Shown in pieces: positions 61,901-64,000 of a stretch of DNA of 64,000 nucleotides (position 1 is the first letter of the stretch; every line of letters starts with the position of its first letter). The stretch lies in the NCBI RefSeq assembly GCF_009914755.1, contig NC_060943.1. One strand, written 5' to 3'. This stretch comes from the human T2T-CHM13v2.0 reference genome, Homo sapiens. A program made the position numbers and the translations under genes. The notes under the pieces were generated by a model. The model was not told where the DNA came from. It saw nothing but the letters and a program-made list of their open reading frames with translations, and ran no database searches.

Positions 61901-64000
61901 AAGTGGATATTCAGAACACTTTGAGACCTTCGTTGGAAACGGCATTTCTTCATAACATGCTAGACAGAAGAATTCTCAGTAACTTCCTTGTGTTGTGTGT
62001 ATTCAACTCACAGAGTTGAACGATCCTTTACACCGAGCAGACCTGAAACACTCTTTTTGTGGAATTTGCAAGTGGAGATTTCAGCCGCTTTGAGGTCAAT
62101 GGTAGAAAAGGAAATATCATCGTATAAAACTAGACAGAATGATTCTCAGAAACTCCTTTGTGATGTGTGCGTTCATCTCACAGAGTTTAACCTTTCTTTT
62201 CATAGAGCAGTTAGGAAACACTCTGTTAGTAAAGTCTGCACGTGGATATTTGGACTTCTTTGAGGCCTTCGTTGGAAACGGGTTTTTTTCATGTAAGTCT
62301 AGACAGAAGAATTCTCAGTAACTTCCTTGTGTTGTGTGTATTCAACTGACAGAGTTGAACTTTCATTTAGAGAGAGCAGATTTGTAACACTGTTTTTGTG
62401 GAATTTACAAGTGGAGATTTCAAGCGCTTTGGGGCCAAAGGCAGAAAAGGAAATATCTTCGTATAAAAACTAGACAGAATCATTCTCAGAAACTGCTCTG
62501 TGATGTGTGCGTTCAACTCTCAGAGTTTAACTTTTCTTTTCATTCAGCAGTTTGGAAACACTCTGTTTGTAAAGTCTGCACGTGGATATTTTGCCCACTT
62601 AGAGGCCTTCGTTGGAAACGGGTTTTTTTCATGTAAGGGTAGACAGAAGAATTCCCAGTAACTTCCTTGTGTTGTGTGCATTCAACTCACAGAGTTGAAC
62701 GTTCCCTTAGACAGAGCAGATTTGAAACACTCTATTTGTGTAATTTACAAGTGTAGATTTCAAGCGCATTAAGGTCAATGACAAAAAGGAAATATCTTCG
62801 TTTCAAAACTAGACAGAATCATTCCCACAAACTGCGTTGTGATGTGTTCGTTCAACTCACAGAGTTTAACCTTTCTGTTCATAGAGCAGTTAGGAAACAC
62901 TCTGTTTGTAAAGTTTGCCAGTGGATATTCAGACCTCTTTGAGGTCTTCGTTGGAAACGGGATTTCTTCATATTCTGCTAGACAGAAGAATTCTCAGTAA
63001 CTTCCTTGTGTTGTGTGTATTCAACTCACAGAGTTGAACGATCCTTTACACAGAGCAGACTTGAAACACTCTTTTTGTGGAATTTGCAAGTGGAGATTTC
63101 AGCCGCTTTGTGGTCAATGGTAGAAAAGGAAATATCTTCGTATAAAAACTAGACAGAATGATTCTCAGAAACTCCTTTGTGATGTGTGCGTTCAACTCAC
63201 AGAGTTTAACCTTTCTTTTCATAGAGCAGTTAGGAAACACTCTGTTTGTAAAGTCTGCAAGTGGATACTCAGACCTCTTTGAGGCCTTCTTTGGAAACGG
63301 CATTTCTTCATATTATGCTAGACAGAAGAATTCTCAGTAACTTCCTTGTGTTGTGTGTATGCAACTCACAGAGTTGAACGATCCTTTACACAGAGCAGAC
63401 TTGAAACACTCTTTTTGTGGAATTTGCAAGTGGAGATTTCAGCCGCTTTGAGGTCAATGGTAGAATAGGAAATATCTTCCTATAGAAACTAGACAGAATG
63501 ATTCTCAGAAACTCCTTTGTGATGTGTGCGTTCAACTCACAGAGTTTAACCTTTCTTTTCATAGAGCAGTTAGGAAACACTCTGTTTGTAAAGTCTGCAA
63601 GTGGATACTCAGACCTCTTTGAGGCCTTCTTTGGAAACGGCATTTCTTCATATTATGCTAGACAGAAGAATTCTCAGTAACTTCCTTGTGTTGTGTGTAT
63701 GCAACTCACAGAGTTGAACGATCCTTTACACAGAGCAGACTTGAAACACTCTTTTTGTGGAATTTGCAAGTGGAGATTTCAGCCGCTTTGAGGTCAATGG
63801 TAGAATAGGAAATATCTTCCTATAGAAACTTGACAGAATGATTCTCAGAAACTCCTTTGTGATGTGTGCGTTCAACTCAGAGTTTAACCTTTCTTTTCAT
63901 AGAGCAGTTAGGAAACACTCTGTTTGTAAAGTCTGCAAGTGGATATTCAGACATCCTTGAGGCTGTCTTTGGAAACGGGATTTCTTCATATTCTGCTAGA

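Larger units (their letters stand above)
1..64000 (+). repeat. Alpha-satellite array, SF1 (J1/J2 dimeric) type, similar to human D1Z7/D5Z2/D19Z3 (S1C1/5/19H1L); continues beyond both window ends
   Basis: Continuous ~340 bp periodicity (GAATTC at 235, 574, 914, 1253, 1592, 1932 ...). Each dimer holds two related ~170 bp monomers with alphoid motifs (TTCAACTCACAGAGTT, GAAACACTC, CTAGACAGAA). CENP-B box occurs in every second monomer. Family assignment is from recall of the SF1 chr1/5/19 consensus, not from a search. Confidence 0.97.
21299..64000 (+). repeat. Layer 2: alpha-satellite with a 6-mer core (X-Y-Z dimers) plus variable extra dimers, giving 4- to 16-mer structural variants
   Basis: Y dimer markers (AACTTTCATTTAGAGAG, GGGGCCAAAGGCAG, TTTGACCACTTAG) and Z dimer markers (GTTCCCTTAGAC, GTGTAGATTTCAAG, CATTCCCACAAACTG) recur at variable multiples of 340 bp. 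Plain dimers here read GTGTATTC, GCAGACTTG and GAGCAGTTAGG. Confidence 0.9.

Noticed and set aside
268-63680. Hundreds of 60-145 aa ORFs on both strands (MFPNCSMKRKVKLCELNAH..., MILRNSFVMCAFNSQ...)
   Set aside because: They are translations of the 340 bp repeat, recurring at the repeat period. Many start at non-ATG codons, and they are gained or lost by random SNPs and 1 bp indels with no sign of frame conservation or gene structure.
1-64000. CRISPR-like or prokaryotic repeat-spacer system
   Set aside because: There are no unique spacers: the whole unit is repeated. There are no cas-like genes, and the sequence is recognisably primate alphoid DNA.
1-64000. Transposon (L1/Alu) insertion or strand inversion
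   Set aside because: I saw no non-alphoid segment, poly(A) tail or target-site duplication. CENP-B boxes keep the same orientation throughout.
1-64000. Assignment to a specific chromosome (1, 5, 19 or 16), a species, or the active kinetochore site
   Set aside because: This family is shared among chromosomes and has ape relatives. Assignment needs alignment to assemblies, and activity needs CENP-A or methylation data.

Overview
The whole 64 kb window is head-to-tail primate alpha-satellite (centromeric) DNA in one orientation. I see no genes, transposon insertions or inversions. The basic unit is a ~340 bp dimer of ~171+169 bp monomers, with one CENP-B box monomer alternating with one A-box (pJ-alpha-type) monomer and usually one EcoRI site per dimer. 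This is suprachromosomal family 1 (J1/J2), closely resembling the human chr1/5/19 family (D1Z7/D5Z2/D19Z3, S1C1/5/19H1L). Chromosome and species (human vs other great ape) cannot be fixed from the sequence alone. All ORFs in the supplied track are repeat artefacts. I found no new protein-coding system; the interesting content is array architecture. (1) A homogeneous pure-dimer layer at 1-~19.6 kb has its own diagnostic SNPs and contains nascent 10-, 12- and 14-mer higher-order repeats. (2) A short scrambled junction at ~19.6-21.3 kb includes a hyper-diverged patch. (3) A more heterogeneous layer is built on a 6-mer core (dimers I call X-Y-Z) padded with variable numbers of extra dimers. It carries near-perfect 6.8 kb and 3.4 kb tandem duplications, a CENP-B-box-depleted zone, an out-of-register 95 bp deletion, and local runs of 6-mers and 8-mers. 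Coordinates and counts were read by eye and by offsets in the ORF track, so boundaries are approximate.
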